DNA of 64,000 nucleotides from Candidatus Eiseniibacteriota bacterium (GTDB lineage Bacteria; Eisenbacteria; RBG-16-71-46): NCBI GenBank assembly GCA_963744995.1, contig CAVUWA010000011.1, positions 320,001 to 384,000 of the forward strand, read 5' to 3'. Shown piece by piece: positions 8,802 to 18,408 of this stretch (position 1 is its first letter; each line of letters starts with the position of its first letter). The notes under the pieces were generated by a model. It saw only the letters and a program-made list of their open reading frames with translations, ran no database searches and was not told where the DNA came from. The position numbers and the translations under genes were made by a program.

Positions 8802-9908
8802 ATGGCGGAGAGGCAGCACGTGAGCGGCGTCGCGGTCGACATCATCGGCATGGGTGCGTTGACGCCGGTCGGGCTGTCCGCGCCCGCGACGGCCGCGGCG
8901 CTGCGCGCGGGCGTGCCACGCATGCTGGCATTCGAGGGCTGGACCGACGATGGACTCGATCCGAACCCGGAGTTCGTCGGCGGGCGCGTGCCGACCGAGC
9001 GCCTGCTTGGCACGATCGAAGAGGCGTGGCCTGGGCACGAGCGCTGGAACCTGAAGCTGCCGAAGCCGCACGTGCTGATCGAACCCGATCAGGCGCGGCT
9101 GCTGACGCTCGCGGTGCCGGCGGCCGAGGAGGCCTGGGACGACGCGGGCCGGCCCGCGGGGCGCGCCGGCATCTATCTGGGCCTCGACGAGGGCGATTCG
9201 GCGACGGCGGTCGCCGACGCGGTCGGCGACCGGCTCGGCAAGACGTTCGACCTGTTGCGCGCCGACAGGACCGGCCGCGCCGCGGGGCTCGCGGCGCTGC
9301 ACCGCGCGACACGGCATCTGGCCGACGGACGCGTGGAGGTGGCACTGGTGGGCGGCGTGGATTCGCTGTTGCGCCGCGCCTCGGTGGCGCGCCAGCTCGA
9401 GCGCGGCGTGCTGCACCACGACAAGAATCCTTCGGGCGTGATTCCCGGCGAGGGCGCGGCGTTCGTGGTGCTGCAGGCCGCGGGGCTCGCGCGACCGCTG
9501 GCGCGGCTCTCGGCGAGCGCGCTGGCCGAGGAGCCGACCGCGGGGACGGATTCGCCCAATCAGGGAGAAGGGCTTACGCTGGCGCTGCGCAAGGCGCGCT
9601 CGCGCGGCCGCGCGCTTGAGGCGTGGCCGCGGATCGTGTGCGACCTGAACGGCGATCGCTACCGTGCGCTCGAGTGGAGCCTCGCCAGCGTGCGCGCGCT
9701 CGGCGATCTTCGCGAGAGTCCGGCGAGCGGCCCGGAGTGGCTGCCCGCGGAGTGGATGGGCGACGCGGGCGCGGCGGCGGGCATCGTGGGCGTGATCTGG
9801 GCGGTGAGCGCGATGCGAAAAGGTTACGCTCGCGCGGACCGGGTGCTGGTGTGGGGCGCTTCCGACGGCCCGCTGCGCGCGGCCGCGATCCTGAGCCTGG
9901 AGGACTGA
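8802..9908 (+). CDS. Beta-ketoacyl synthase/thiolase-like T6SS accessory protein (PRK06147-like, probably non-catalytic)
   Basis: GMGALTPVGL, ALVGGVDS, IPGEGAAF, DLNGDRYR and GDAGAA motifs. No catalytic Cys (TGRAAG). Lies between DUF2169 and DUF4150. Confidence 0.8.
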   Translation: MAERQHVSGVAVDIIGMGALTPVGLSAPATAAALRAGVPRMLAFEGWTDDGLDPNPEFVGGRVPTERLLGTIEEAWPGHERWNLKLPKPHVLIEPDQARLLTLAVPAAEEAWDDAGRPAGRAGIYLGLDEGDSATAVADAVGDRLGKTFDLLRADRTGRAAGLAALHRATRHLADGRVEVALVGGVDSLLRRASVARQLERGVLHHDKNPSGVIPGEGAAFVVLQAAGLARPLARLSASALAEEPTAGTDSPNQGEGLTLALRKARSRGRALEAWPRIVCDLNGDRYRALEWSLASVRALGDLRESPASGPEWLPAEWMGDAGAAAGIVGVIWAVSAMRKGYARADRVLVWGASDGPLRAAAILSLED

Positions 9909-9909
9909 C

Positions 9910-11178
9910 ATGCCGGCGACCGTGAACGCCAACAAGATGTCGCTCGTCCACAAGAGCTCGGTCGGCATCTCGTCGATCTTTCCCGACGCGTGCAAGACGC
10001 CGACGCCGGGCGGGCCCGTGCCGATTCCCTATCCCAACATCGCGATGTCCTCGGACACGGCGGACGGCTCTTCCACCGTCAAAGTCGACGGCAATCCGAT
10101 CATGACCAAAGCCTCGAACTACGGCCGCAGCAGCGGCGACGAGGCCGGCACCGCGATGGGCGTCGTGTCGAACAAGAACATGGGCAAGGCAACGCCGGTG
10201 GTGACCTCCATGGACGTGAAGGTGGACGGCAACGGCGCGTTCCGGCTGGCCGACATGATGCAGCAGAACGTGGGCGGATCGGGAAATACGCCGCCCGGGA
10301 CCAACGTGCAGCCTCCGGTGCTGGGGGTGCCGGGCGACTCCAAGGAGTGCGAGAAAACGGAAGAGAAAGCCAAGACCCAGGCCGCCGACGGCACCTCGTG
10401 GGGCAAGAGTGGCATCGTCGGCGAGCACCACGGCCCGATCCAGACCGCGGCCAGCGACAACGAGGCCGTGATGTACTTCCGCGCCACCAAGGCCATCTGC
10501 GGCAAGTGGATCAGCATGAACCACCGCCCGAAGCCGCACAGCTGCATCTCGGGCACGACGATCAAGGGCAGCGACGCCCCCGCCGTGCAGGCGTGGCTCG
10601 ACGATCTGTTCGCCCGCATGCATCCGCTCGAGGCCGAGCTCTACCCGCCCGCGGCGCCGCCCGAAGTGACCAACCGGTTCTACAGCCGCACCGGCTCCGA
10701 CTACGTCGGCATCGTCGGCCAGGGCGTGGGCGGCGGGAAGATCAAGCCCCTCAAGGGCAGCGGCCGGCAGACGATCTCGTACGACGGCAAATGGATGACC
10801 GGCGACTACGACCTGTTCGAAGTGGTGAAGACCGGCGACGCGTGCGAGAAGGTGACCGGCGACGATTTCGCCAAGCTCCGCGACGCGGTCAACAAGGGCT
10901 GCAACTGGGATGCGATCCAGCATCCCGCGCAGGCGCAGTGGGTGCCGGACGAGCACGACCACGCAGCGGGCATCGCCAAGTTCGACATGAACCAGGAAGT
11001 GAAGGCGGTCCTCCAGGGCAAGTCGCCCGTCGACCATGCGATCAAGTTCCACCCCGAGCGCAATCCGATGCCGATCATCGACTCGCCCCTCACTGTGGTG
11101 TCGGGCGGCGGCAGCGTGTGCCTCGACGAGAAGGAAGACGTGAAGGACGCGCTGATCTGCCAGGGGTGCGCGAAGTGA
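9910..11178 (+). CDS. DUF4150 (PAAR-like) domain fused to an EF/CyaA/ExoY-like toxin domain
   Basis: The N-terminal FPDACKTP...VPIPYPNIA...SSGDEAGT is DUF4150. The C-terminal GIVGEH...YFR, TGDYDLF and IQH motifs resemble class II nucleotidyl cyclases. Confidence 0.8.
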   Translation: MPATVNANKMSLVHKSSVGISSIFPDACKTPTPGGPVPIPYPNIAMSSDTADGSSTVKVDGNPIMTKASNYGRSSGDEAGTAMGVVSNKNMGKATPVVTSMDVKVDGNGAFRLADMMQQNVGGSGNTPPGTNVQPPVLGVPGDSKECEKTEEKAKTQAADGTSWGKSGIVGEHHGPIQTAASDNEAVMYFRATKAICGKWISMNHRPKPHSCISGTTIKGSDAPAVQAWLDDLFARMHPLEAELYPPAAPPEVTNRFYSRTGSDYVGIVGQGVGGGKIKPLKGSGRQTISYDGKWMTGDYDLFEVVKTGDACEKVTGDDFAKLRDAVNKGCNWDAIQHPAQAQWVPDEHDHAAGIAKFDMNQEVKAVLQGKSPVDHAIKFHPERNPMPIIDSPLTVVSGGGSVCLDEKEDVKDALICQGCAK

Positions 11179-11206
11179 TGCACGCCGCAGGCGGAGTGCG
11201 CGAGCC

Positions 11207-12010
11207 ATGAGCGACGCACTCACCCGCGAAGAGCGCGACTCGCTGCTCATGCGCATCCGCGCCGCGGGGGCGGCGCTCTACCCGACCGAGGGCCCGCCGC
11301 CTCCCAAGCCGCAGCGACCGCGGATCCGCGACGCCTACTACGCGCTGCTCGGCGAGTACGCCGACCGCCTGCCGCGGGTGCTGATGAGCGCGTGCCCGTT
11401 CACCGGCGCGCCGCTCAAGCGCTCGATCGATCCTTTCGGCTTCGACGGCCCATGGTGGTTCAAGGACCGCACGTTCACGCCGGACGAGCCCGCCGCGCCG
11501 CCGTCGTTCAAGGTGCTGCTCGGCGCGATCCAGCTCAACGGCCGCGAGCCCGCGGAGTCGCAGGACACCGTGCTGGCCGGCCCGGACGCGCCGTACGTCG
11601 TGCCGCGGCTCCTGAACCTGCCCGGCATGGTCGCGGTGATCCACCGGCTCGACCTCGCGACCGGCGACGTCGCCTGGCCGATCGGGTATTTCTCGGAAGA
11701 AGAGATCCATCCCGCCGCGCTGCACCAGTTCTGGACGCGCCCCGAGATGTGGTTCGAGAACGAGGCCGGACAGAAGCTCTGGATCTACAAGAACGACGTC
11801 TGGGACTTCGAGCTGGCACCGTGGATCGAGCGCGGCAAGCTCAGGTGGCTGAAGCCCGGCGCGGAGAAACCCGAAGTCCTCGGCGCCGAAGCCGGCCCGT
11901 GTCCGTACCAGGCACTTCCCGGCGACCACGCGCCGCAGGCGATCGGCGGCGGCCAGCGCGAGCTGGAGGATCTTCCGACCGGCGAGCCGGCGATGCCGTT
12001 CGAGGAGTAG
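11207..12010 (+). CDS. Hypothetical cytoplasmic protein, putative immunity protein
   Basis: Immediately downstream of the toxin, has an RBS, acidic and Trp-rich, no signal peptide (SACPFTG...SIDPFGFDGPWW). Confidence 0.6.
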   Translation: MSDALTREERDSLLMRIRAAGAALYPTEGPPPPKPQRPRIRDAYYALLGEYADRLPRVLMSACPFTGAPLKRSIDPFGFDGPWWFKDRTFTPDEPAAPPSFKVLLGAIQLNGREPAESQDTVLAGPDAPYVVPRLLNLPGMVAVIHRLDLATGDVAWPIGYFSEEEIHPAALHQFWTRPEMWFENEAGQKLWIYKNDVWDFELAPWIERGKLRWLKPGAEKPEVLGAEAGPCPYQALPGDHAPQAIGGGQRELEDLPTGEPAMPFEE

Positions 12011-12891
12011 TGGCGGGCCCCGCCGGCAAGTTGCGGCCGGCTCCAGCCGGCCCTGCCGGGCTCGCGCTCGTCATCGGCCTTGCCGCGCTGCTCGCCGCCG
12101 CCCGGCCCGCGCCTGCGGCCGCCGTGGACTGGTCGGAGGCGCCCTCCGGCCTCGAGCAGCAGGCGCTCGCCGACACGCACTTCGTCTGGCAGACCCTGCG
12201 CGGCGAGGCGGTACGCGTCCACTACGTGTCCGGCACGTTCGCCGCGCGGCACATCGTCGCGCTCGAGCGCAGCGCGGACGCCTCGGTGAAGCGGGCCATG
12301 CAGGTGGTCGGCGTGGAACGCTACGAGCGGCCGGTGGACGTGTTCTTCTTCCAGAGCCGCGACCAGCTCGTGGACTTCCTGGGCGTCCCGGCCACCGGCT
12401 ACGCCGACTGGCGCTCGAGCAGCCTGTTCCTGGTCTGCAGCCCCACCTGGCGCGACTTCGACACGCACGAGATCACGCACATCCTCGCGCTGAATGCATG
12501 GGGCGAGCCCGCGGAGCCCGTATGGTGGATCCGCGAGGGCCTCTCCGTGTATGCCGACGGCCGCTGCCGCGAGCATGCCGTGCGCGCGCTCTGCGCCGAA
12601 TACCTGCGGCGCGGGAAGCTGCCGCACGTGCGCGATCTGATCTTCAAGTTCCGCGAGGTCGGCGAAATGCCGGGCTATCTCGGCAGCGGCAGCTTCGTGG
12701 GGTTCCTGTACGAGACGTTCGGCCGGGATGCCGTGAAGAAGATCTGGCAGCAGGGAGGCGAAGCCATCGAGAAGATCCTGGACACGAGCCTCGAAGAGCT
12801 CGATGCCCGCTGGCGCGGGTCGCTGAAGAGCGCCGGCGACGGGATCGACCCCGAGGAGTGGAAGCAGGTGCTGGACAAGGGCTGCGGGTGA
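12010..12891 (+). CDS. Secreted gluzincin/peptidase MA-like metalloprotease
   Basis: Signal-like N-terminus, THEITH (HExxH) and the downstream WIREGLS third ligand. Start uncertain. Confidence 0.7.
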   Translation: MAGPAGKLRPAPAGPAGLALVIGLAALLAAARPAPAAAVDWSEAPSGLEQQALADTHFVWQTLRGEAVRVHYVSGTFAARHIVALERSADASVKRAMQVVGVERYERPVDVFFFQSRDQLVDFLGVPATGYADWRSSSLFLVCSPTWRDFDTHEITHILALNAWGEPAEPVWWIREGLSVYADGRCREHAVRALCAEYLRRGKLPHVRDLIFKFREVGEMPGYLGSGSFVGFLYETFGRDAVKKIWQQGGEAIEKILDTSLEELDARWRGSLKSAGDGIDPEEWKQVLDKGCG

Positions 12892-13001
12892 GATCGGCAG
12901 CGGCCGGCGCGCGCTGAGCCCGGATCACCGGCGCGCCGCGCGGGCGCCCGCGCCCCGCGCCCCGCTCCGGGCGGAGGCCGTGGGCGTGGCCGGGAAGCGC
13001 C

Positions 13002-15275
13002 CTAGTTCTGCGTCAGCTTCGACGCCTTCATGTTGATCGCCGAGTTGCCCTTGAAGTCGATGTTGCCGCCCTTGATGACGATGTCGCCGCCCTCGAGGGT
13101 GATCGAGGCGCCGCCCTGTTTGATCGTGATCTTGGAGTCGGCCTCGAGCGTGATCTCCTTGGCCTTGACCCCATAGGCCTTGGTGATCTCGTTCTTGTTC
13201 GTGCCCTTGACGGTGACGGTGGCGTCCTTGGTCACCGAGATCGTGAGGCCGCCCTCGACCTTGATGCCGGCCTCGTGGTCGACGGTCAGGCTGAGGTTCT
13301 TGCCGACGCTGATGTTGGAGTTGTCCTTCGACGACAGGTCGTAGTCGGCCCCGGCGCTCTGCGTCATCTTCTTGCCGGTCGAGAACGAGCCCTCGCCGCC
13401 GAAGTCGATGCTGCCGCCGCCGCCCGCGGACCAGCCGGCGTCCTTCGCCACGGTCACGCCCTGCTTGCCGGTGATGTTCTCGTTGTGGTCGCCGGTGACC
13501 TCGATCGTGCGGCTGCCGCCGATGTTCTCCTCCACGTTCTGCTTCACTCGGAGGCTCATGTCCGCGTCGATGTCCTCGGTGTGCTTCTTGTGCACGTGGA
13601 TCGTCTTGTTGCCCTTCACTTCCTCGGACTGGTCGTTGTCGATCACGTTCTTGCGGTCGCGCCCGACCCACAGCGTCTGGTCGTTCTCGACCTCGGTGTC
13701 CATGTTCTTCTGGGCGTGGATCTTGATCTGTTCCTCGCCGGTCTTGTCCTCGAAGCTCAGCTCGTTGGCATCGTCGGCGCCGCCGCCGCTCGAGCTGCGC
13801 GTCAGCAGCCCGCTGCGGGTGGCATCGCCGGGCTGCCCGAACGGCGGCGCGTTCTTGCCGTTGTAGAGGCTGCCGATCACGATCGGGCGGTTGATGTCGC
13901 CCTCGATGAACTGGACGATCACCTCCTGTCCGACGCGCGGGATGTGCAGCGCGCCCCAGCCGGCGCCGGCCCACGCCTGCGCGACGCGCAGCCAGCAGCC
14001 CTCGGTATCCTCGCGGTCCCACGGGAAGTGCACCTTGATGCGGCCGTACTTGTCGGTCCAGATCTCGCCCTCGCCGATCACGGTCGCGGTGTGCGGGCCG
14101 AGCATGAACGGGCGCGGCGTCGTGCGTTCGGGCCGGAACGGTGTCTTGCCGGGCTGCATGAAGTAGCGCGCCTGGAACATCGGCTCGTCTTCGGGCTTCT
14201 CGGCGCCTTCGGTCTTCACATTCTCGCGGCCGGTGGAGCTGGCGGCGTCGAAGCCCGGCTGGAACAGCCGGTACTCGGCGCCGATGACCAGCAACTCGCG
14301 GTTCTGGTCGTCGCGCGGGTGGCCCGTGATCTCGAACAGCGCGCCCGTGGTGAGGCCGCGCGCGTTGCTGCGGCCGGCCACGCGGTCGTGCTGCGCCTGC
14401 AGGGCTTCGAGGCGGATGCGTGCGAACAGCTCGCCACGATCGGTGCGGTTGCCGTCGCCATCGTTGCCGGCGTCCACGGCGTCCACGTAGCCCGCGATCG
14501 GGTCATACTGTTCGAGGCTCGCGTGCTTGTGTTTGAGCGGCTTGCTCGACTTGGCCTGCAGGTCGGCCCCCGGCACCTCGAAATCGTAATCGTTGACCGC
14601 GTAGGTGCCGGTGACCACGCCGTGCGACACGCGCAGCTCGGAGAAGTGCTCTTCGCGCGGGTTCGCGTTCACCTTGGGGTCGATGAAGGCGAGCTTCTCG
14701 TAGCCCGACACGGTCTTGTGCGCGGCGCGGTCGTCGCCGAGCATCATCACGTGCTGGTCCTTGTCGTGCTCGAACCAGTAGTAGATGCCTTCCTCTTCCA
14801 TGAGCCGGGACAGAAAGTCGAAGTACGTCTCGCGGTACTGCACGACGTATTCGCGCGCCAGATAGCCGTTCTGCAGGCCCTTGTCGTTCACGTCACCGAC
14901 GCCGAGGCGGCCGATGGCCTCCTTGATGATGTCGGGCACGGTGGACTTCTTGTAGATCCTGCTGTCCGAGGCGCGGGTGAGCAGCCAGAAGAACGGCCGG
15001 AGCGTGGCGTGGTAGCGGGTGTAGCGGCCGGCGGCGGCGCCCTGGGCGATCTCGGCCACGTAGCCGTTGAAGTAGCGCGACCCTTCGGAGGTCGCGATCT
15101 CGATCGTCATCTTGTCGCCGGCGAGGGCGTCGAGGTCGAGACCCGCGTCGGGGCTGAAGAGGTCGAGGTCGTACTGGAAGGGACGCCCGAGCGCTTCGGT
15201 CGCATGGACGCGATTGACCAGCAGCTGGCCCCTGGCCAGCGACGAGTGGAGCTCGATCTGGGTGATGTCGGCCAT
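13002..15275 (-). CDS. vgrG: T6SS spike protein VgrG with a long gp5-type beta-helix
   Basis: EALGRPF, VQYRETYFDFLSRLMEEEGIYY, TDKYGRIKVHFPWDR, IPRVGQEVIV and EQIKIHAQKNM motifs. Confidence 0.96.
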   Translation of the reverse strand: MADITQIELHSSLARGQLLVNRVHATEALGRPFQYDLDLFSPDAGLDLDALAGDKMTIEIATSEGSRYFNGYVAEIAQGAAAGRYTRYHATLRPFFWLLTRASDSRIYKKSTVPDIIKEAIGRLGVGDVNDKGLQNGYLAREYVVQYRETYFDFLSRLMEEEGIYYWFEHDKDQHVMMLGDDRAAHKTVSGYEKLAFIDPKVNANPREEHFSELRVSHGVVTGTYAVNDYDFEVPGADLQAKSSKPLKHKHASLEQYDPIAGYVDAVDAGNDGDGNRTDRGELFARIRLEALQAQHDRVAGRSNARGLTTGALFEITGHPRDDQNRELLVIGAEYRLFQPGFDAASSTGRENVKTEGAEKPEDEPMFQARYFMQPGKTPFRPERTTPRPFMLGPHTATVIGEGEIWTDKYGRIKVHFPWDREDTEGCWLRVAQAWAGAGWGALHIPRVGQEVIVQFIEGDINRPIVIGSLYNGKNAPPFGQPGDATRSGLLTRSSSGGGADDANELSFEDKTGEEQIKIHAQKNMDTEVENDQTLWVGRDRKNVIDNDQSEEVKGNKTIHVHKKHTEDIDADMSLRVKQNVEENIGGSRTIEVTGDHNENITGKQGVTVAKDAGWSAGGGGSIDFGGEGSFSTGKKMTQSAGADYDLSSKDNSNISVGKNLSLTVDHEAGIKVEGGLTISVTKDATVTVKGTNKNEITKAYGVKAKEITLEADSKITIKQGGASITLEGGDIVIKGGNIDFKGNSAINMKASKLTQN

Positions 15276-15391
15276 GCGGATCCTCTCCGGAAAGGGCCGG
15301 GTGCGACAGCGCGTCCGCGCAGAATACCCGCGCGATGCGCTGCGGGAAAGCGGACTTGCGGCCGCGCCCCGCGGCTGGCCATATTGCGGCC

Positions 15392-16780
15392 ATGTCCGCG
15401 ACGTTCGCCTACGACGAGGCCAAGGCGCTGCACGAGCGCGGCGAGCTGGAAGCCGCGGCCGCGGCCTACCGGCGCGCCGTCGAGGCGGAGCCGGCGCACT
15501 TCAAGGCCCTTCACAATCTCGGCGTGGTCGAGGAGGCGCTGGGCCACACCACGGAAGCCGAGCGCGCCTACGAGGCGGCCATCGCAGCGCACCCCGGCGG
15601 CGCGCTGTCCCACTACAGCCTCGCGCGCCTGCGCCAGCTCGCGAGCCGTCTGGACGAGGCCGAGACCGGCTACCGGCGCGCGATCGAGCTGGATCCGGAT
15701 CTCGCCGAGGCGCACTTCAACCTGGGACAGCTGTTGCTCGAGCGCGGCGCGGCGGAAGGCGCCGAGACGGTGGTGCGCGAGGCGGTGCGCTCGGGCTACG
15801 CGGCGCCGGACGCGAGCGGGTTGCTCGGCGACGCGCTGTTCGCGCAGCGGCGGCTCGAGGAGGCGCTGGAGGCGTACCGGCGCCGGGCGGAGGAGGCCCC
15901 GGGCGACGCCGGCGCCCAGTTCGACGTCGGCAAGACGCTCGAGTTTCTGAAGCGCAGCGACGAGGCGATCCGCTGCTACCGGAAGAGCCTCGCCCTGGAG
16001 CCCGCGAGCGTCGCCGCCAACGAGGGGCTGGTGCGCGCGCTGGAGGCCGCGGGCCGCCGCGACGAAGCGCTCGCCGCGGTGCGCGAGTGGATCACGCGCG
16101 ACCCCGGGGAGCCCGTCGCGCAACACATGCTCGCATCTCTCGGCGGCGACGAGGCGCCCGCGCGCGCCTCGGACGCGTACGTCGAGAATACGTTCGACCG
16201 CTTCGCGAACGACTTCGACGCCACGCTCGCGCGGCTCGACTACCGCGCGCCGCAGCTGGTGATGGGCGTGACCGCGGTGATGCTCGGCGCGCCCGCCGGG
16301 GATCGGGACGTGCTGGATGCCGGCTGCGGGACCGGCCTCGCCGGGCCGATGATCCGCCCCTGGGCGAAGCGTCTGGAGGGCGTGGACCTCTCGGGCGAGA
16401 TGCTGCTGCGCGCCGGGCGCCGCGGCGGCTACGACGCGCTGCACCACGCCGAGCTGGTCGAGTTCCTGAACCGCGAAGCGGCCGCGTGGGACCTGATCGT
16501 CTCGGCCGATACGCTGTGCTACTTCGGCGCGCTGGAGGAGGCCTTCGCCGCCGCGCACCGGGCCTTGCGGCCCGGCGGCGTGCTGGTGTTCACGGTCGAG
16601 CACCTGCGCCAGGGGGTGCGCTTCAAGCTCAACGCCCACGGCCGCTACGCGCACGAGGAGAAATACGTGCACGAGGCCCTCGCCGCCGCGGGCTTCGAGG
16701 TCACCCCCGGCCGCGGCGTGCTGCGGATGGAGGGCGGGGTGGCGGTGGACGGGCTGGTGATCGGTGGGCGGCGGCGCTGA
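15392..16780 (+). CDS. TPR-repeat SAM-dependent methyltransferase
   Basis: Several TPRs, then YVENTFDRFANDFD...LDYRAP, VLDAGCGTG, GVDLS and GRYAH. Confidence 0.88.
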   Translation: MSATFAYDEAKALHERGELEAAAAAYRRAVEAEPAHFKALHNLGVVEEALGHTTEAERAYEAAIAAHPGGALSHYSLARLRQLASRLDEAETGYRRAIELDPDLAEAHFNLGQLLLERGAAEGAETVVREAVRSGYAAPDASGLLGDALFAQRRLEEALEAYRRRAEEAPGDAGAQFDVGKTLEFLKRSDEAIRCYRKSLALEPASVAANEGLVRALEAAGRRDEALAAVREWITRDPGEPVAQHMLASLGGDEAPARASDAYVENTFDRFANDFDATLARLDYRAPQLVMGVTAVMLGAPAGDRDVLDAGCGTGLAGPMIRPWAKRLEGVDLSGEMLLRAGRRGGYDALHHAELVEFLNREAAAWDLIVSADTLCYFGALEEAFAAAHRALRPGGVLVFTVEHLRQGVRFKLNAHGRYAHEEKYVHEALAAAGFEVTPGRGVLRMEGGVAVDGLVIGGRRR

Positions 16781-16844
16781 TTCCCTCCGGCTCGCCGCGC
16801 CCCCGCTCGAGGGCCGCGCCCGGCCTCGCCTCCCGCGCCCGTCG

Positions 16845-17516
16845 CTAGAACGGCACCCGCGCCCCTTCCTTGGAATTCTGCTTCAGATAGTCCACGAAGA
16901 TCGTGATCGAGTGGCCGGAGCTGGCCTTCTCGAAGATCTCGACCTTGCCGATGTGCGTGCCGAGCGCGGCGATCGGCGCGAACGAGCCGCCGGTCCTGAG
17001 GTTCAGGCCCTCGCCGGGCTTGCCGGTCGAGGACTGACTGCTCGAGAGACCCTTCGACTGGTTCTGCATACCGGGCGCGTTGAACGTGACGAAGTTGATG
17101 CCGGTCTGCAGGCCCACGACCTGCGCGAGTGCGCCGCCCAGCGAGTGTCCGACCAGCAGGAAGTTCTTCTTGCCGAGCTGCTTGGTCCAGTCGACGGTGG
17201 ACTTGAGCGCGTCCTTGGCCTGCGTCGGCACGAAGCCCATCGCGAGCTTCATGTCGGCGACGAGATCGCTCGCCATCGAGGGCTTGGTGCCCTTGTAGGC
17301 GACCACCGCCTCCTTGCCGTCCTTGCTCTGAAACACGCGGCCCTGGAAGCCGCTCGAGGTCAGGCTGCCGCCCGAGAACACGGACGCGTCGTTGACCTGC
17401 ATGGACGAAGGGCAGGTCCAGCCGAGCTTGTCCAGCTCCTTTTGTGAATCGTTGCCGCCTTCGGCCTGGCCGTAGACGGCGTCGGCGATCAGCGCCAGTT
17501 CCAACAGCGTCGCCAT
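16845..17516 (-). CDS. Alpha/beta-hydrolase lipase (class 3-like), candidate T6SS effector
   Basis: VVAYKGT, GHSLGG nucleophile elbow, TFNAPG and a C-terminal GHS. GGAGG RBS, no signal peptide. Confidence 0.8.
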   Translation of the reverse strand: MATLLELALIADAVYGQAEGGNDSQKELDKLGWTCPSSMQVNDASVFSGGSLTSSGFQGRVFQSKDGKEAVVAYKGTKPSMASDLVADMKLAMGFVPTQAKDALKSTVDWTKQLGKKNFLLVGHSLGGALAQVVGLQTGINFVTFNAPGMQNQSKGLSSSQSSTGKPGEGLNLRTGGSFAPIAALGTHIGKVEIFEKASSGHSITIFVDYLKQNSKEGARVPF

Positions 17517-17732
17517 CGGAGATCCTCCGTGGAGGGTGGTTCGAAGACCCGTGGCGCGCAGGCTATCACATTGCGCGCCACGGGGATTGCGCCCCGGGCC
17601 GGGGCGCCCGGGCGCGGCCGGATCCGCGGGCCGGGCCGCAGATCGATGGTGTATGGTGGACCTTTCGCGGCGGGCATCCCGAACCCGCCGGGCTTCTCCA
17701 TTGATTGATGCGCATGCAGGGAGGATTCGGCC

Positions 17733-18407
17733 ATGGCCTCCATGCCAGCCTATCTGGTTCAGCCGAAGACGGTCGTCATCGATCCAGGTCATGGTGGGGT
17801 CGGAAGGGTCGGGGGGTCGGACGGGAACCATGCGGTGAGTCCGAGCGGCGTGCTGGAGAAGGACATGACGCTGGACTTCGCGTTTCTGGTGGAGAACGAG
17901 CTGCGCCGGTTCGCCGGCAGCCGGATCCACGTCTATCTCACGCGGAGAACCGACATCAACCTCGGGCTCGCGGCACGCGCGCACGTCGCGCGGAGACATC
18001 ATGCGGACGTCTTCCTCAGCATCCACTTCAACGGGTACGACGGGCACGCGCGCGGCGTGGCCACGCACGTCCGCCGCCCGGGCGCCGGCAACGTCAACCT
18101 GGCCGACGACCGCGCGCTGGCCCAGCGCATCCAGACCCGGGTCTTCGACGCCATCCACCGACGCGACCCCATGACCCGCGACCGCGGCGTGCGCGCGCAG
18201 ATCGGGCTCGGCGTGCTCTCGGATCCCGCGCTCGGCAATGCGCCCGGCCACCATCCGTGCCGGTCTTGTCTGCTGGAGATCGAGTTCATCGACGTTCCCG
18301 CGGTGGACCGGCTGCTCAACACCGATGCGAATGCCCCCCGCATGCGGCGCGAGATCGCCGTCGCCATTCGCGACGGCATCCTCGAAGATCTTGCGGCGAA
18401 TCCCTGA
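17733..18407 (+). CDS. N-acetylmuramoyl-L-alanine amidase (Amidase_3), no signal peptide
   Basis: VVIDPGHGG, LEKD, YLTR, FLSIHFNG and LLEIEF zinc-amidase motifs. Confidence 0.9.
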   Translation: MASMPAYLVQPKTVVIDPGHGGVGRVGGSDGNHAVSPSGVLEKDMTLDFAFLVENELRRFAGSRIHVYLTRRTDINLGLAARAHVARRHHADVFLSIHFNGYDGHARGVATHVRRPGAGNVNLADDRALAQRIQTRVFDAIHRRDPMTRDRGVRAQIGLGVLSDPALGNAPGHHPCRSCLLEIEFIDVPAVDRLLNTDANAPRMRREIAVAIRDGILEDLAANP

Positions 18408-18408
18408 C

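Noticed and set aside
8802..9908. Possible PKS/fatty-acid biosynthetic cluster
   Set aside because: No catalytic Cys, no ACP or acyltransferase nearby, and the context is the T6SS adaptor cassette.
13275..15950. 891-aa plus-strand ORF
   Set aside because: Antisense shadow of vgrG.
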